64,000 nt of DNA from an uncultured Phycisphaerales bacterium (GCA_963758525.1 CAVWVQ010000003.1:4704001-4768000), one strand, 5' to 3'; numbered from the stretch's first letter, positions 9,904-20,659 are shown. Notes: a model not told the origin generated them from the letters alone. A program made the numbers and translations.

Positions 9904-10393
9904 GGGACACCTGCCAGGCTCGACGCCGCAGCAGCAACCCGATGGCTACCGCCTCCCCGATCGCCTCCCGGAACTTCTCGTCCAGAGGCTTGCCGACATA
10001 GCGATGGATCTGCGCGTACTTGATCGCGTCCCTGACGGCACGCATATCGTCGTGAGCCGAAAACAACACCCTGGCCGACAGCGGATTGGTTTCGCTCATC
10101 AGTTTGAGAAACTGCACGCCCCTCATTCCAGGCATCATCTGGTCGCTGACGATGGCGTGTGGCTCGATTCCTGTGCTCAGCAGGCGGACGGCCGCCTCGG
10201 CCGAATCCGCCAGATGCACTACGTAATCATCGCGAAACATCACTTCCAGCATGTGGAGCGTGTCGGAACAATCATCGACGAACAGCACGACGTGGCCCGC
10301 GCGCTCGACGTCCTCGGCCCAGAGCTTCACCAGGGCGTCGCTGAACCCCACGGGTGTCAGTTCCGGGGTAATCGTTTCATCGTCGGGAGTCAT
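9896..10393 (-). CDS. Single-domain response regulator receiver
   Basis: 'VLFVDD', phosphoacceptor 'IVSDQMMPGMRG', 'LFSA', 'YVGKP'. Confidence 0.9.
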   Translation of the reverse strand: MTPDDETITPELTPVGFSDALVKLWAEDVERAGHVVLFVDDCSDTLHMLEVMFRDDYVVHLADSAEAAVRLLSTGIEPHAIVSDQMMPGMRGVQFLKLMSETNPLSARVLFSAHDDMRAVRDAIKYAQIHRYVGKPLDEKFREAIGEAVAIGLLLRRRAWQVSHG

Positions 10394-10408
10394 GGCCGCG
10401 CACTCTTC

Positions 10409-10987
10409 TCACGCTGCGATGGCGACGCCGAGGGCAAAGCGCCCCGCGGCCATCAGCGTCGCGAGCATCGTGTTCTCGCTGATCGATTCGGCGGAAATCC
10501 CGTACTTCGATGCCGCGCCGATCGCGGCGATCTGGAGCTGGCGGAGGTTGTTGGCCTGGGCGATGTACTGCGGGTGATCCCCGCTCTGCTTGTACTGGGC
10601 CTCGAGCTGGGCCCATTTGAGCGCGTCGGGACCGTACACCGTCGCGAAGGGGACCAGGTCCGCCGCGCTCTTGCCCGTCAGGCTCGCCAGCGACGACGCC
10701 AGCGACTGCACCGCCGCCTGCTCCTGCGCGCTGAGTTCTTTGGCTGTTTCAGTGGGCGCGGGCGCGGCATCGGATTTTAGATGGGCGGTGCCGCCGCTTG
10801 GCATGGGCACCTCGATCGGCGTCTTGGCAATGCCGTCAGCGGGCGCGACGTGCGGCAGTTCCGCGGTGGCGACAGAAACCGCCGGCGGCTCCGCGGGGAT
10901 CTCCAGTGATGGCGCGGTGGAATGCTCGACGGCCGCGTGTTGAGCGGTTTCAGTTTCGTTGGTCTGTGTGTGGGTGATGGGGTTCAT
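10409..10987 (-). CDS. Phage hypothetical protein (Pro/Ala-rich N-terminus, hydrophobic C-terminus)
   Basis: ORF overlaps the upstream gene; same operon. Confidence 0.55.
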   Translation of the reverse strand: MNPITHTQTNETETAQHAAVEHSTAPSLEIPAEPPAVSVATAELPHVAPADGIAKTPIEVPMPSGGTAHLKSDAAPAPTETAKELSAQEQAAVQSLASSLASLTGKSAADLVPFATVYGPDALKWAQLEAQYKQSGDHPQYIAQANNLRQLQIAAIGAASKYGISAESISENTMLATLMAAGRFALGVAIAA

Positions 10988-11888
10988 TGGCTTGGTGCGC
11001 CGCGCCGCCGAACAGCGGGGAGCGCGCCTCCTCTTGGTTGATCAGGGCGTCCATGGTCGCGGCGTTCGCCTCACGCAAGGCTTTCGCGTCCGGATCCAGC
11101 AGCGGATCGGCCGAGACATAGTTCAGGTACTCCGGCTCGGCGCGCACCCACGCGGCTTTCACGGTCGGCTCGGTGATCGTCTTCACATCGGCCGTCGCGC
11201 TCTGCAGGGCGCCCGCATCGCTCAGGATCTGCGCCCGTGACGATCCCCCCAGCGTGGAGTCGGCCGTCGCGTACGTGGTCAGCTCTGTGGCGACTTGCGG
11301 GCCCATCGCCGCGGCGTACGTCCGAAATGGCGCGGAGGCGCTACAGCCGGTCAGGCATGTGAGCATCAGGAGCGCGATCACCAAGGCCCCCGCGAGTTTC
11401 TTGGCGCCAGCTTGGTTGGATGCTGCCGAGCTGTTCGAAGCTTGTGCGTTCATCATTTCGAATGCCTCCGTGAGTGCGTCTCCGTCGGTCGTCGAGGCGG
11501 TCTGGGCGGCGCTAGCCAGCTTGTCGGCGACGGTTTTCAGTTGTCCCGAGAGTTGCGGCTCGATCCCCTGGATCACGCCGGCCGCCTGGTGCAGCAGCTC
11601 GGATGGCGGAATATCGGTACCGGCGCCCACCTGCACGACCAGCTTCTGCCCGGTCGATTGCATGCCCGCCGGGACGGTTCCCTCGACGGTCTTGCCGTCC
11701 ACATAGTGCTGACCGGCCGACCAGATCGTTGCCAAGGTAAAGAGGCCGCCGACGAAGGTGATCGCAGCCGTCTGGCGATCCGCAGGCACGTTGAGCAGCG
11801 TCAGGCCCGCGGCCAGGATCGTCAGGGCATAGACCCGAAAATGTGGATCCCGCAACAGACTGCGCAACTCCTGTAGCCAAGTGGGCAT
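10950..11888 (-). CDS. Holin-like membrane protein fused to an internal lipoprotein (spanin-like)
   Basis: Two N-terminal TM helices; internal 'KKLAGALVIALLMLTCLTG|C' lipobox. Confidence 0.55.
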   Translation of the reverse strand: MPTWLQELRSLLRDPHFRVYALTILAAGLTLLNVPADRQTAAITFVGGLFTLATIWSAGQHYVDGKTVEGTVPAGMQSTGQKLVVQVGAGTDIPPSELLHQAAGVIQGIEPQLSGQLKTVADKLASAAQTASTTDGDALTEAFEMMNAQASNSSAASNQAGAKKLAGALVIALLMLTCLTGCSASAPFRTYAAAMGPQVATELTTYATADSTLGGSSRAQILSDAGALQSATADVKTITEPTVKAAWVRAEPEYLNYVSADPLLDPDAKALREANAATMDALINQEEARSPLFGGAAHQANEPHHPHTDQRN

Positions 11889-11993
11889 GTGTTCAGCCTC
11901 AAAATCCGGGATCGATCGACGGGGAGTTCTATCGGCCGGGGCGGGTGCGGGCGTGAGGGATCATGAGCCCCAACATGGGCCCCATCATGAGCC

Positions 11994-13339
11994 TCACACA
12001 TCCGTGGCGGTGCAGTACTGGAATCCCCCGTTGCCCGCGCCGACGTTCCATTTGCTCAGGACGTAAACGATGGGCGTCTGCCACCCCTTGGATCCGTTGA
12101 CGCTGTAGGGAGCAAAGTCGGCGCTGACCGGGAAATCCGGGCAACCTCCCGCGGGGTTGCCGAGCGTGAAATCGGTGTGGGCCGCAGTGGAGTTCATCGC
12201 TTCAGTGTTGACCAGCGCGAAGGCGTTATTGCCGACGCCGTCGCCATTGGCATCAAAGATCGCCCGGAATCCCGGAGCGGATCCAGACGCGTACCAATAG
12301 GAGTTGCGGGCGATCGCGGCAGGATAGAGCGAGCGGAACGTCTGCTGTCCCCGGTTGTAGTAGGCGCTCCATGGATTGCTGCCGCCGCTGCTGTTGTCTA
12401 TCGATGCGATCGCCAACGCCGCGCCGCCTGCGCCGCGGCGCGAGTAGCATAGTCCGCCTGCGCCGCCGCGACCGCCGCTGCCACTGTCGGATAGCCGTTT
12501 ACCTGTTGACTGACGCTCTGTGGCCCGGCCTGGCCGGTGCCCACCGGAACGGCGAAGGTCCATCGGAGCTGATCGAGGACCAGGCGCAGCTCTTCGAGCT
12601 GGATGCAGGTGATGTAGTCGCCGATGTTGTGGAAACCAAAGTAGCCATCCCCGCCCATATCGATTCGCCCGGTAGGCGAATTGTTGAACCAGGAGAGGTT
12701 GTTCGGCGGCGCGAAGGTGTTGTCCAGCAGATCCGGCGTTGCGGTGTTGTCCAGCACCCAGGAAGTGCCATCAAACCGATACCAGCGAAATGGCTGGCCT
12801 GAACCGTACAGGTGCTCAGCGCACTGGCCGGCGATCGCCGGGTTGCCGTCGACGTCATAGAGGGAGCTGGTTGAATAGATCTGCCGCGGCGCCTGCCGTC
12901 GCCATGATCCGGTTGGTCCCGTCATGGCCGTCGCCCCCGCACCGCCGAGGACCTGGTACCGCAAGACCGGCGGCAAGCCCGCCAAAGACCGCGCCCGATC
13001 GATCGTCATCGCGGGGATCGACCCCGGAACGGCACCGGCCAGCGCGCCCGCATTCGAATAGTCCACAAAATACTGGAACTGGATCGACTGCAGTCCCCGC
13101 AGCAGACCATAGTCAGGGGTGTTGCTCGCATACTGCTGTACGAACTGCACGTCCGTGCCCGCGGAGATGGCGCCGCCGGCCAGCGTCGGCAGCAGCGCGA
13201 GCGCGCCTGCATTGGTGATCCCCGAAATCGTCGCCGCCACAAGCTGCCGCTCGTTGAACGCGGCGATCAGCATGTTCCAGACCGCCGCCGCGTCGTTCAG
13301 ATCGGTCCCCGCGGTGATTGGCGCAGTCCAACTAGGCAT
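11994..13339 (-). CDS. Minor tail protein, frameshifted near 12430
   Basis: ATG at 13339 overlaps the upstream stop; coding-like sequence switches from ORF 12398-13495 to ORF 11994-12563. Confidence 0.55.
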
Positions 13340-13988
13340 GCGCGCGGTTCCAGTCTGCCACGAGGTTCGGAGCGCCCGAGCTCGTGCCGGAGTTGGCAAG
13401 CACTTGGTATTCGGCTGTGAACCGCGGCATCGTCGGCGGCTGGAAAAGCATATACGTGCCAGGGGCGAGTGGCAGGTACGGGAGGATGTCCCCAACGTTT
13501 GCCGAAAGACACTGGGCAGCGCTGCTCAGAGGGAACTGGATGTAGATCCCCGGCACGTCCGCGCCGCTGGGACCGCTGATCGCATCTCCGGTGAACGCGC
13601 AGGGCGTGAGCGTCACCTGGTTCGTGCCGGGCACCCACAGGCTCTTGAGCTTGCCCCAGCGCAGGTTCAACCCGCCGCCCGCGATTTCCATCCATGGAAC
13701 CTGCGAACCCATGTAAGTCCCCGACGTGCCGCCGCTGGGCCGTGTGGCCTGGATCACGTCCCCCACAGCATGGCTGCTGGCGATGGCCTGTTTGATGATG
13801 TAATTGCGCGTCCCGACCTGGCTGCCGTCATCGCGGCAGAGGTTGCAGAGCAGCAGGTTGCCGTTGTCGCCGAGATCCACCTGCGCGATTTTAAAAAAGC
13901 GGATCTCGCGGATCGAGCCGCCGCCCTCGGCCGGCTCGGGACGATGGGTATCAAATTGCGGTGTCTCACGGCAGGCGCTGTTACTCAT
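13332..13988 (-). CDS. Tail-associated protein
   Basis: ATG at 13988 overlaps the end of the upstream tail gene; Gly/beta-rich. Confidence 0.55.
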   Translation of the reverse strand: MSNSACRETPQFDTHRPEPAEGGGSIREIRFFKIAQVDLGDNGNLLLCNLCRDDGSQVGTRNYIIKQAIASSHAVGDVIQATRPSGGTSGTYMGSQVPWMEIAGGGLNLRWGKLKSLWVPGTNQVTLTPCAFTGDAISGPSGADVPGIYIQFPLSSAAQCLSANVGDILPYLPLAPGTYMLFQPPTMPRFTAEYQVLANSGTSSGAPNLVADWNRAHA

Positions 13989-16386
13989 GCCAGATGCTCC
14001 GTCCCGGGGATTTCCGGCGCGGGGGATCCCGGCGCGCCGGGTTCGCGTCACCGGCCTGCGTCACTCCCGCCGGCCGCTTGCGGTTGTCGTGCTCGAACTT
14101 GAGCTTATGCAGTTTGCGGACCTTCAGCGCGGTGGTCTCGGTGAGCAGCTCGATCTTGCACGACGCCGGATCCAGGTGCATAGCCACGATCTGGCCGCCG
14201 CTTCCGCCGCCCCCGGCGCCGCCGCCGAGGCTGAGATTGCGGCCGTTGATCGTCGAGCACATCGAGCCGATCGCCTGCAACTGCCAGTCGGCCGAGCACA
14301 GGATCGACGCGTGCGTGTTCATGTTCTGCCATGCCGCACGTCCTTCCTTTGCGTAGGTCAGCGCTTTGTCGCTGGTGTCGATCGGATCGGCATCAATGCC
14401 CAGTGGGCTGGTGATGCCATCGTCTACGACCTCCGTCTTGATGAAATCCCGCTCGGCGAGAATGGCGCACTTTCTAACGAAGGGAGAGCCGCTGGACGCC
14501 TGGCGATCGGCGGTTTGCTTCAGCATGCAATCCGCGGCGATCGAGCCCTCGAGCATGAGATAACAAACGCCCTGGTCGAGCAATGTCGCGAAGGTGCGAG
14601 CGTCGTCGAGATTGGACAGATCCTCCTCCTCATCTTCGGGCACCACGCTGTGATCCTCCAACGGCGTCCATTCCGCCAGATCGCGCGCGGTGATCCAGAC
14701 TGCCGCGCGCTCGTGATCCAGCCGCCAGTTGCTGCTGTGGACGCGGACCCAGTTCTGCTGATCGCTGGAAATAAACAGCGTCGGCGGCACGCGCCGCCAG
14801 CCATCGGGCGAGCTGGGATCCGGATAGACAGTGTCGAGGATGCGCCGGCGCCGCCGGCAGTAATTGCCCGCATCCCCTCCCTCCCCATCGGCGATGTCGG
14901 TCAGGTCTGGCGTCCACCAATCCAGCTCGGTGGCCGTGCTGTTGTTCGAATACCAGGGCGCGTTGGCGCCGGTCGCTGTCGCGGGATACTCGCCGCTCTC
15001 GTTCCAGACGAACAGCCGCATGACGTGGCGGTATTTGTCGAAGTTGACGCCGGTCGTCGTGAATTGATCGCGCCACAGATCGCTCTTGCCGGCAACGTCG
15101 ATCGAGTTGATGTCGATGGCGGCGCCGGTGCCGGGCATAGACAGGTGATACTGACCAAAGTCGATGTCGTTCTTGGTCCATCCCTGCTGGAGCATGCAGT
15201 TCTTCGCCTTCGCGTTGCCCCCGCCGGCGTGGGCGGACGCGGTGTCTCCCGAGTAATACATCAGCTTCACATGACGAAGCAGCCGGGCGTAGCAATCGAC
15301 GCTGTTGACGACCTTGTCGATCGACTTGACGGCCTGCAGCCGCTGCACGCTGGCGATCGCGGCCGAGGCGGTGGTGCCGCGCTTGTTGAGGTAGAGATTC
15401 GCCGCTGGTCCCGTCCCGCGCACGATGAACGCGAAATTAAACGGTCCCCAATCACTGCCCCCGGGCGGCGCGGGATCGCCGACGTTGCCTACCTGAACTG
15501 TCGGCCGCGGATCCACGTAGAACGCGTATTTCGGCCCGGCGGCGCGTTTGAACGCTTCCCACAAGCCAAGGCCGTCGATGTTCACTTCGCCCATCGTGTC
15601 CGTGTCGGGGATCACCTCCTGGTTGTCCCAATCGACGTTGGTGATGCCGGTCAGCGGCAGATCGTTGTAGGAATAATCCAGGTACCGGCAGGCCTCGCGC
15701 GGCGTCCAGAAATCCGCCAGCGGCGTCGTTCCGTTCATCCGGTCGGGGATCTCGAAGCACTGGCCGTTGTTGTCGCCGTACAGGTAAACATCATCCGGCG
15801 ACGTCATGTTCTTGCGTCCGCCGGGATTGAAGATGGCGCGTTCGTCGGTGAACGTATTGAGGGACGGGTACAAGTGAGTGATCTGACCGGGATTCAGTAT
15901 CCATACATCGTCATCCGATGCAGAACGGCGCCGCTGCCCCACGATCGGGATCGCCGCCCCGTTCTGCGGTTCGGCGCCCCAGATCCACTCCGGCCCCGCG
16001 ATGTGGAACGACAAACGCTCGGCCTTCTCGTCGATGAGGATCGAACCGCCCGTCGCATACCCCTGGAAGATGCAGTTGGTGGAGTTGCCGACCACAACCA
16101 CAATAGCCACGCGATCGCCGACGTTAATCGTGGCGTCGTTCTCGACGTTCACCTGCGTCTTCACCACCGGCGGCGCGTTGATGACCGACACTTTCGCGTA
16201 GCTCATACCCACGACGCTGCTCCCATAGAAGCAGCCGTCGAAACGCACGGCCGGCTGCCGCTTCCAGTCGTTCCACTTGGGATCTGCCGTCGGATCATTG
16301 TTGGGCACGCACGTGGCGACGTAGACGTCGTAGCTGCCGGCGTCGACGCTGAGATTGTTGGGTTGCTGATTGTCGCTGAAGATCAT
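13981..16386 (-). CDS. Tail tip/baseplate hub-like protein
   Basis: 801 aa, two genes after the tape measure; 'NCIFQGYATGG...LSFHIAG' resembles hub-protein N-termini. Confidence 0.55.
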   Translation of the reverse strand: MIFSDNQQPNNLSVDAGSYDVYVATCVPNNDPTADPKWNDWKRQPAVRFDGCFYGSSVVGMSYAKVSVINAPPVVKTQVNVENDATINVGDRVAIVVVVGNSTNCIFQGYATGGSILIDEKAERLSFHIAGPEWIWGAEPQNGAAIPIVGQRRRSASDDDVWILNPGQITHLYPSLNTFTDERAIFNPGGRKNMTSPDDVYLYGDNNGQCFEIPDRMNGTTPLADFWTPREACRYLDYSYNDLPLTGITNVDWDNQEVIPDTDTMGEVNIDGLGLWEAFKRAAGPKYAFYVDPRPTVQVGNVGDPAPPGGSDWGPFNFAFIVRGTGPAANLYLNKRGTTASAAIASVQRLQAVKSIDKVVNSVDCYARLLRHVKLMYYSGDTASAHAGGGNAKAKNCMLQQGWTKNDIDFGQYHLSMPGTGAAIDINSIDVAGKSDLWRDQFTTTGVNFDKYRHVMRLFVWNESGEYPATATGANAPWYSNNSTATELDWWTPDLTDIADGEGGDAGNYCRRRRRILDTVYPDPSSPDGWRRVPPTLFISSDQQNWVRVHSSNWRLDHERAAVWITARDLAEWTPLEDHSVVPEDEEEDLSNLDDARTFATLLDQGVCYLMLEGSIAADCMLKQTADRQASSGSPFVRKCAILAERDFIKTEVVDDGITSPLGIDADPIDTSDKALTYAKEGRAAWQNMNTHASILCSADWQLQAIGSMCSTINGRNLSLGGGAGGGGSGGQIVAMHLDPASCKIELLTETTALKVRKLHKLKFEHDNRKRPAGVTQAGDANPARRDPPRRKSPGRSIWHE

Positions 16387-16391
16387 TGGAA

Positions 16392-16856
16392 TTACCCGCC
16401 CAGCCCCGCGAAGTCACCGCCGCCGCTCAGCCCCGCGCCCGATGATGAGCCGGTCCAGTATCCGCTGGGCGACATCCACTCGATCACGCCCTGCACGATC
16501 ACCGTCACCGCCGATTGCGCCGATGGCATGGTGCAGCCCTCGAACTCGCCGATCGGGCCGAAGCTGCTCAGCAGGCAGTTGTTGTAGCTGTTTCCAGCCG
16601 AGTCGACGAAGGTATAGAGCTGGCCGTTCTCCAGGCTCACGCCTGCCTCGATCGCGTCAATGAGCGACGCCATGCTCAAGCCCGTCACCCGCCCGCGGAC
16701 GGTCCACATGATCGGATCGCGGCCCAGGCGGTAGATGCGGGCGCCATCGACGCCGGGCAAAAACTCGCGCATGGCGCGGTATTTCCCGGTCGGGCCCTTG
16801 ATGGTGCTCGTGGGCGCTCCCCAGATCGGCTGGCCGGCGAAGGTGTGGACGCTCAT
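16392..16856 (-). CDS. Distal tail protein-like
   Basis: Follows the tape measure; 'FLPGVDGARIYRLGR...WTVRGRV'. Confidence 0.5.
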   Translation of the reverse strand: MSVHTFAGQPIWGAPTSTIKGPTGKYRAMREFLPGVDGARIYRLGRDPIMWTVRGRVTGLSMASLIDAIEAGVSLENGQLYTFVDSAGNSYNNCLLSSFGPIGEFEGCTMPSAQSAVTVIVQGVIEWMSPSGYWTGSSSGAGLSGGGDFAGLGG

Positions 16857-16890
16857 CGGATAGCGATATCGGCCGGGATTGGGGCGGACG

Positions 16891-17043
16891 CTATTGGCCC
16901 AAACGCCTGGGGCTTCTGCGCCAGCGGTTCCAACAGCGCCTGGCCGTGGAAACAGAGATGCCGAACCGGCCGGCTACCACCGCCATCGGAGTGCCAATGG
17001 TGACCAGATAAGCGACATCATACGAGGTGCTGACGCTGATCAT
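16891..17043 (-). CDS. Small HTH-like protein (50 aa), absent from ORF track
   Basis: MISVSTSYDVAYLVTIGTPMAVVAGRFGISVSTARRCWNRWRRSPRRLGQ; ATGA overlap with the tape-measure stop. Confidence 0.55.
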   Translation of the reverse strand: MISVSTSYDVAYLVTIGTPMAVVAGRFGISVSTARRCWNRWRRSPRRLGQ

Positions 17044-19750
17044 GTCTCCGCCGGTCCTCTTAGATCGGGAAACTCATCCTCGCCGTTACTAAAGAACGCG
17101 TTGCCGTAGTGGGTGTGATACTCCGTGTGCTCGTAATGGTGGTGGACCGCCGAGGCGTCGGCGTGAGGGCCGGGCGGCGGCGCGCTGGGCTGGGGGGAGG
17201 GATCAGGCGCGGCGGAAGTCGGCGGCGTCGCGATTAGCCTGTATAGGGGTGAAGTGTTCGGGACCAACGTACGATCCAATAGCTCATTACTCCCGGGCTG
17301 CAAGTCGGAGACGACATGCCAAGTCTTGCCGTCATCATCTGACCGCTCCACCCGCGTGCCGGCCTTGCCCTCGTTCGTGTCGATCCATGTGACGTCCGCA
17401 GTGTTGGCTCCTCGACGCGTTATATTCCCCCAAGCGGGCGCATTCAGATTCACCACGGGCGACGGCACCGCAGGCGCCGGCGGAGCAACTGCTCCTGGCG
17501 ATTGGCTTCCAGCGGGCCGCGGATTGAAGTTCTGCGCCTCAGTATCCGACAACAACAGTCCGAATGATCGTGCGAACGAAGCAATGTTTGCGCTGTAAAG
17601 TCCGGGGCTGACCGTATTCAGCATCGCGTCTTTGTCACCGACCTTGGCCTTAAACTCTTGATAAAGCGCCGAAACCCGCTCGCGGACATCCCCTGGAAGG
17701 TCCCGACGTGCGAGGAACGTGCGGAAATCAGAGTCCAGCTCGTCATACGCCGCGTCCGCCAGGTGCTTGTCCTTGTTGTCCGCAAAGCTCTGAATCTTGT
17801 CCATCAGGCTGCTGTCGAGTTGGACCTCGTATCCCTGGCTCTTGGCGTTCAGAACGTAATCGGTTTTGGCCCGCGTCAGGAGCCGCGCCGCATACATATC
17901 CCCGGAATCAGTCCCTTGGCGTTTATCGATTTCCGACAGGGCGTCTGTTCGATGTTGCTTGGTGCTGTCGAATTGTTCGAATGCACTGTTCGCACTGTCG
18001 GTCGATTTCCCGTCCGCCGAGCCCATGACGCCGGCGACCTGATTGATCTTCGCGTTCGGATCACTTGTGCGCAGGGATTCGATGTTGTCCAGCCGCCGGA
18101 ACTGGCCGCCGACTGCGGTGTTGAACTCATTCATCTTCTGGTCAGTGTCGAGCCCGACAATCGTCGGCAGCACAACATCGGTGACCCGTTTATCGATCCC
18201 GATTTTCGCGTAAGCTGCCTGCTCCCGCTCGGATTGAATCGTCGCCTTCACCTTGTTCATCGCGCTGTCGATTGCATCGCGCAGCCGCTGGCCTTCATCC
18301 TCCCTGTCCCGGATCGATCGCGCGGCGTCGGCATTGCGCGGGGCCAGCTCGGCCGCGGCCTTCTCCGGATCAAAATCCTTGAGGGCATTGGCCCGTTCGG
18401 TTACCTGTGTTTCGGTCAGCGGCTTGCACCGTGCCACATTCCCCGCACATAGGCTTCCTTCTCCTTGTCCTCGATGTCGGCCAGCTTCTTCTGATCCGAC
18501 CGGAAGGCCCGGCCGGCCGAGGACTTGTCGGCTCCAAGCACTGCCTCCGCGTCGGCATCCTGCGCGTCCGTTACTTTCGTGACACCCATCTGCGCAGCGC
18601 GGTGAGCAAAATACTCACGGGATTCCTTGGTAGTGCCTTGTGCGAAAGCGTACGTTTGTTTGGTCGCATCCGCCGCCGCATCCTCGCCGGCCCGGGTTTG
18701 AAGGAACGCCGAGTAAACGCCGGCAGCGCGGTTCAGATCGACGCCTTTTCCAACTTCAGGAAGAACCGCAGAGACCAGGCCTCGCACATAATCGCCCATG
18801 GTTGCTGAGCCGCTCACCCTGAATCCGGCTTCGGCTTTCGCGATGACATCAGCGAAGCCCTGGGCTGTGTTGTTGCCCGTGGAATTTGCCAGGCGAGCGA
18901 TGTTGGTAATGGTGTCCTTGTCCATTCCCAGACGCGCTTCGGCATAGCCCACCTGCGCCGCATATTTCATTCCCTCGGCGGTGCGAGGATCGTGTCCGAA
19001 GGATTGGGCGATGTCCAAAGCCGCGAGCCCTTGATCCTGATTCACCGGAGCTGCAAGCGATAGATCCCTGAGCAGCTTGATGACTGTCGCCTGCGCCGTC
19101 GAACTGCCCCCGAGTCCGAGCGTTGCAATCGTGTTGTTGAGTTTGTCATCAAAGCTGAGTCGCCCCGCGGTCAGCTCATCCTGCGCCTCTTTCACTTCCC
19201 GAAGCTTGTCCAGGAACTTCTGGAAGATCTCAATGACTCCGTAGATTCCAATATAGGTGCTGAGCCACGCCTGCACTTGCCCTGCCAGGCCGCTTGTTGC
19301 CGCTCCGACGTTCCTGGTTGCCCCGGCGACATTGTTGATGTTGGTGACCGTGGTGTTTGCAACGTTGTTCACGTTGTTAATCTGGACGTTCATCTGATTG
19401 AGGTGGGCCGCATACGCCCCTGCCGCGGCCGCACCCTGCGAGGAGGCCTGCGTCAGTCCGCTGATCGGCACGATCGCATTCTCTGCGGCGTCCGCCTGCA
19501 CGGTGCTCGATTGTGCCGCGGCGCGCGAAGCCTCGCTGACTTGATCAAAGGCTTCTGCGGCTTCCCCCGCCTGAGATGCGGCGGCGCCCAATTGTTGGCC
19601 CAGGTCTCGGACGGATTTCTCGGCCTGGGTGACCGAGGCGTCCGACTGCTGCACCTTTTCGTTGAGTGTTCCCAGCTCGGTAACGAACACCTGGGTTGCC
19701 GTCACAGCCTCGGAGGTTGTGAAATCCACTTGGATCTTCAGTGATTCCAT
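17040..19750 (-). CDS. Tape measure protein, split by a frameshift near 18430; C-terminal Fn3-like domain
   Basis: 'MESLKIQVDF' N-terminus, long Ala-rich helices, hydrophobic segment; 'VTWIDTNEGKAGTRVERSDD...LLDRTLVPNTSPLYRL' is Fn3-like. Confidence 0.75.
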
Positions 19751-19756
19751 GGCTGA

Positions 19757-20338
19757 CTATCTCTTGATCAAAAAGCGGCGTAATCGTTGGAGCGGAGAGG
19801 TGCGAGCACTGACCGCCTTGGCGGTTACGGGCCGGCAGTGCGCAACAGGAGGATCCTTTACGACGTCTGTAGTGTGAGGCGGCGATGCAACCAGTGCTGC
19901 CAATCGCTGAACGATGTCATTGCCGCCGAGGGCGTGGCGAATGATGGGCTCGTACCACTTCTGGCCGCTCAAAATGAAAGTCAGATCTTCGTCGGCAAGG
20001 GCGGTCGCCCCCTCTGATTGATAGGACAGCCGCACAAGGGCAGCGGCATACCGATACAGGGGAAGCGCGGCGTCGACAATGGAAATCAAACCATGTCCCT
20101 CGACGTTGAGCCCGCGAATCAGATCGTCGCGAAGCTGGCGTATCGTGGGGTCGTCCAGGCAGGACGGAACCTGGTGAATTTCGGGCTCCCCATTCACGAA
20201 GCGCCATCCGGAGCCGCACCGGGGCGACGCGAGTCGCAGCATGTAACTTCCATCAGGTCCGAACCCCCTGACAGGTTCGTGCAGGGAAGTGAGCGGCTTT
20301 TGTCGCGTGCGGATCCACGCGAGCTGTGGGCTTTCCAT
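19757..20338 (-). CDS. Phage hypothetical protein (tail chaperone position)
   Basis: Immediately upstream of the tape measure. Confidence 0.45.
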   Translation of the reverse strand: MESPQLAWIRTRQKPLTSLHEPVRGFGPDGSYMLRLASPRCGSGWRFVNGEPEIHQVPSCLDDPTIRQLRDDLIRGLNVEGHGLISIVDAALPLYRYAAALVRLSYQSEGATALADEDLTFILSGQKWYEPIIRHALGGNDIVQRLAALVASPPHTTDVVKDPPVAHCRPVTAKAVSARTSPLQRLRRFLIKR

Positions 20339-20380
20339 GCCCCCGTTATCGACCAGGACGGGCCACTGGGCCAGTTGCCC

Positions 20381-20659
20381 CTACACCTTGCCGATTGGGA
20401 CCCCGCACCTCGGACAGACGTGGTGCCAGCCACCCGAGTACCCCCGGCGTTGCGCACGACCGCGAAAATCGCAGTGGACGTTTGGACAGATAAAGTTTGG
20501 TCCCGGCAGCAGGTAACTCCCAATAGCCAGACAGGCAAAGCCTGCCAGCAACACTGCACAATTGAATACCACGTGGTCCATTGAGGGGTTGTTGCCAAGG
20601 GCCCAAATTGCGAACCCGCCCAGCAAGACGCCAATCGCGATCAGTATCATTGACTTCAT
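20381..20659 (-). CDS. Small membrane protein with Zn-ribbon
   Basis: Two TM helices, CPNVHC and CPRCG. Confidence 0.55.
   Translation of the reverse strand: MKSMILIAIGVLLGGFAIWALGNNPSMDHVVFNCAVLLAGFACLAIGSYLLPGPNFICPNVHCDFRGRAQRRGYSGGWHHVCPRCGVPIGKV

Noticed and set aside
2206..16386. Diversity-generating retroelement or shufflon acting on tail fibres
   Set aside because: No reverse transcriptase or invertase, and no adenine-variable repeat pair seen by eye; a self-dotplot would be decisive
13804..16587. Long + strand ORF (927 aa) and other antisense ORFs such as 24079-25656 and 25211-26815
   Set aside because: Shadow ORFs of real opposite-strand genes in high-GC DNA; no motifs
18416..18450. 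Programmed ribosomal frameshift
   Set aside because: It lies inside the tape measure rather than the chaperone gene, has no slippery heptamer, and similar indels occur throughout the window
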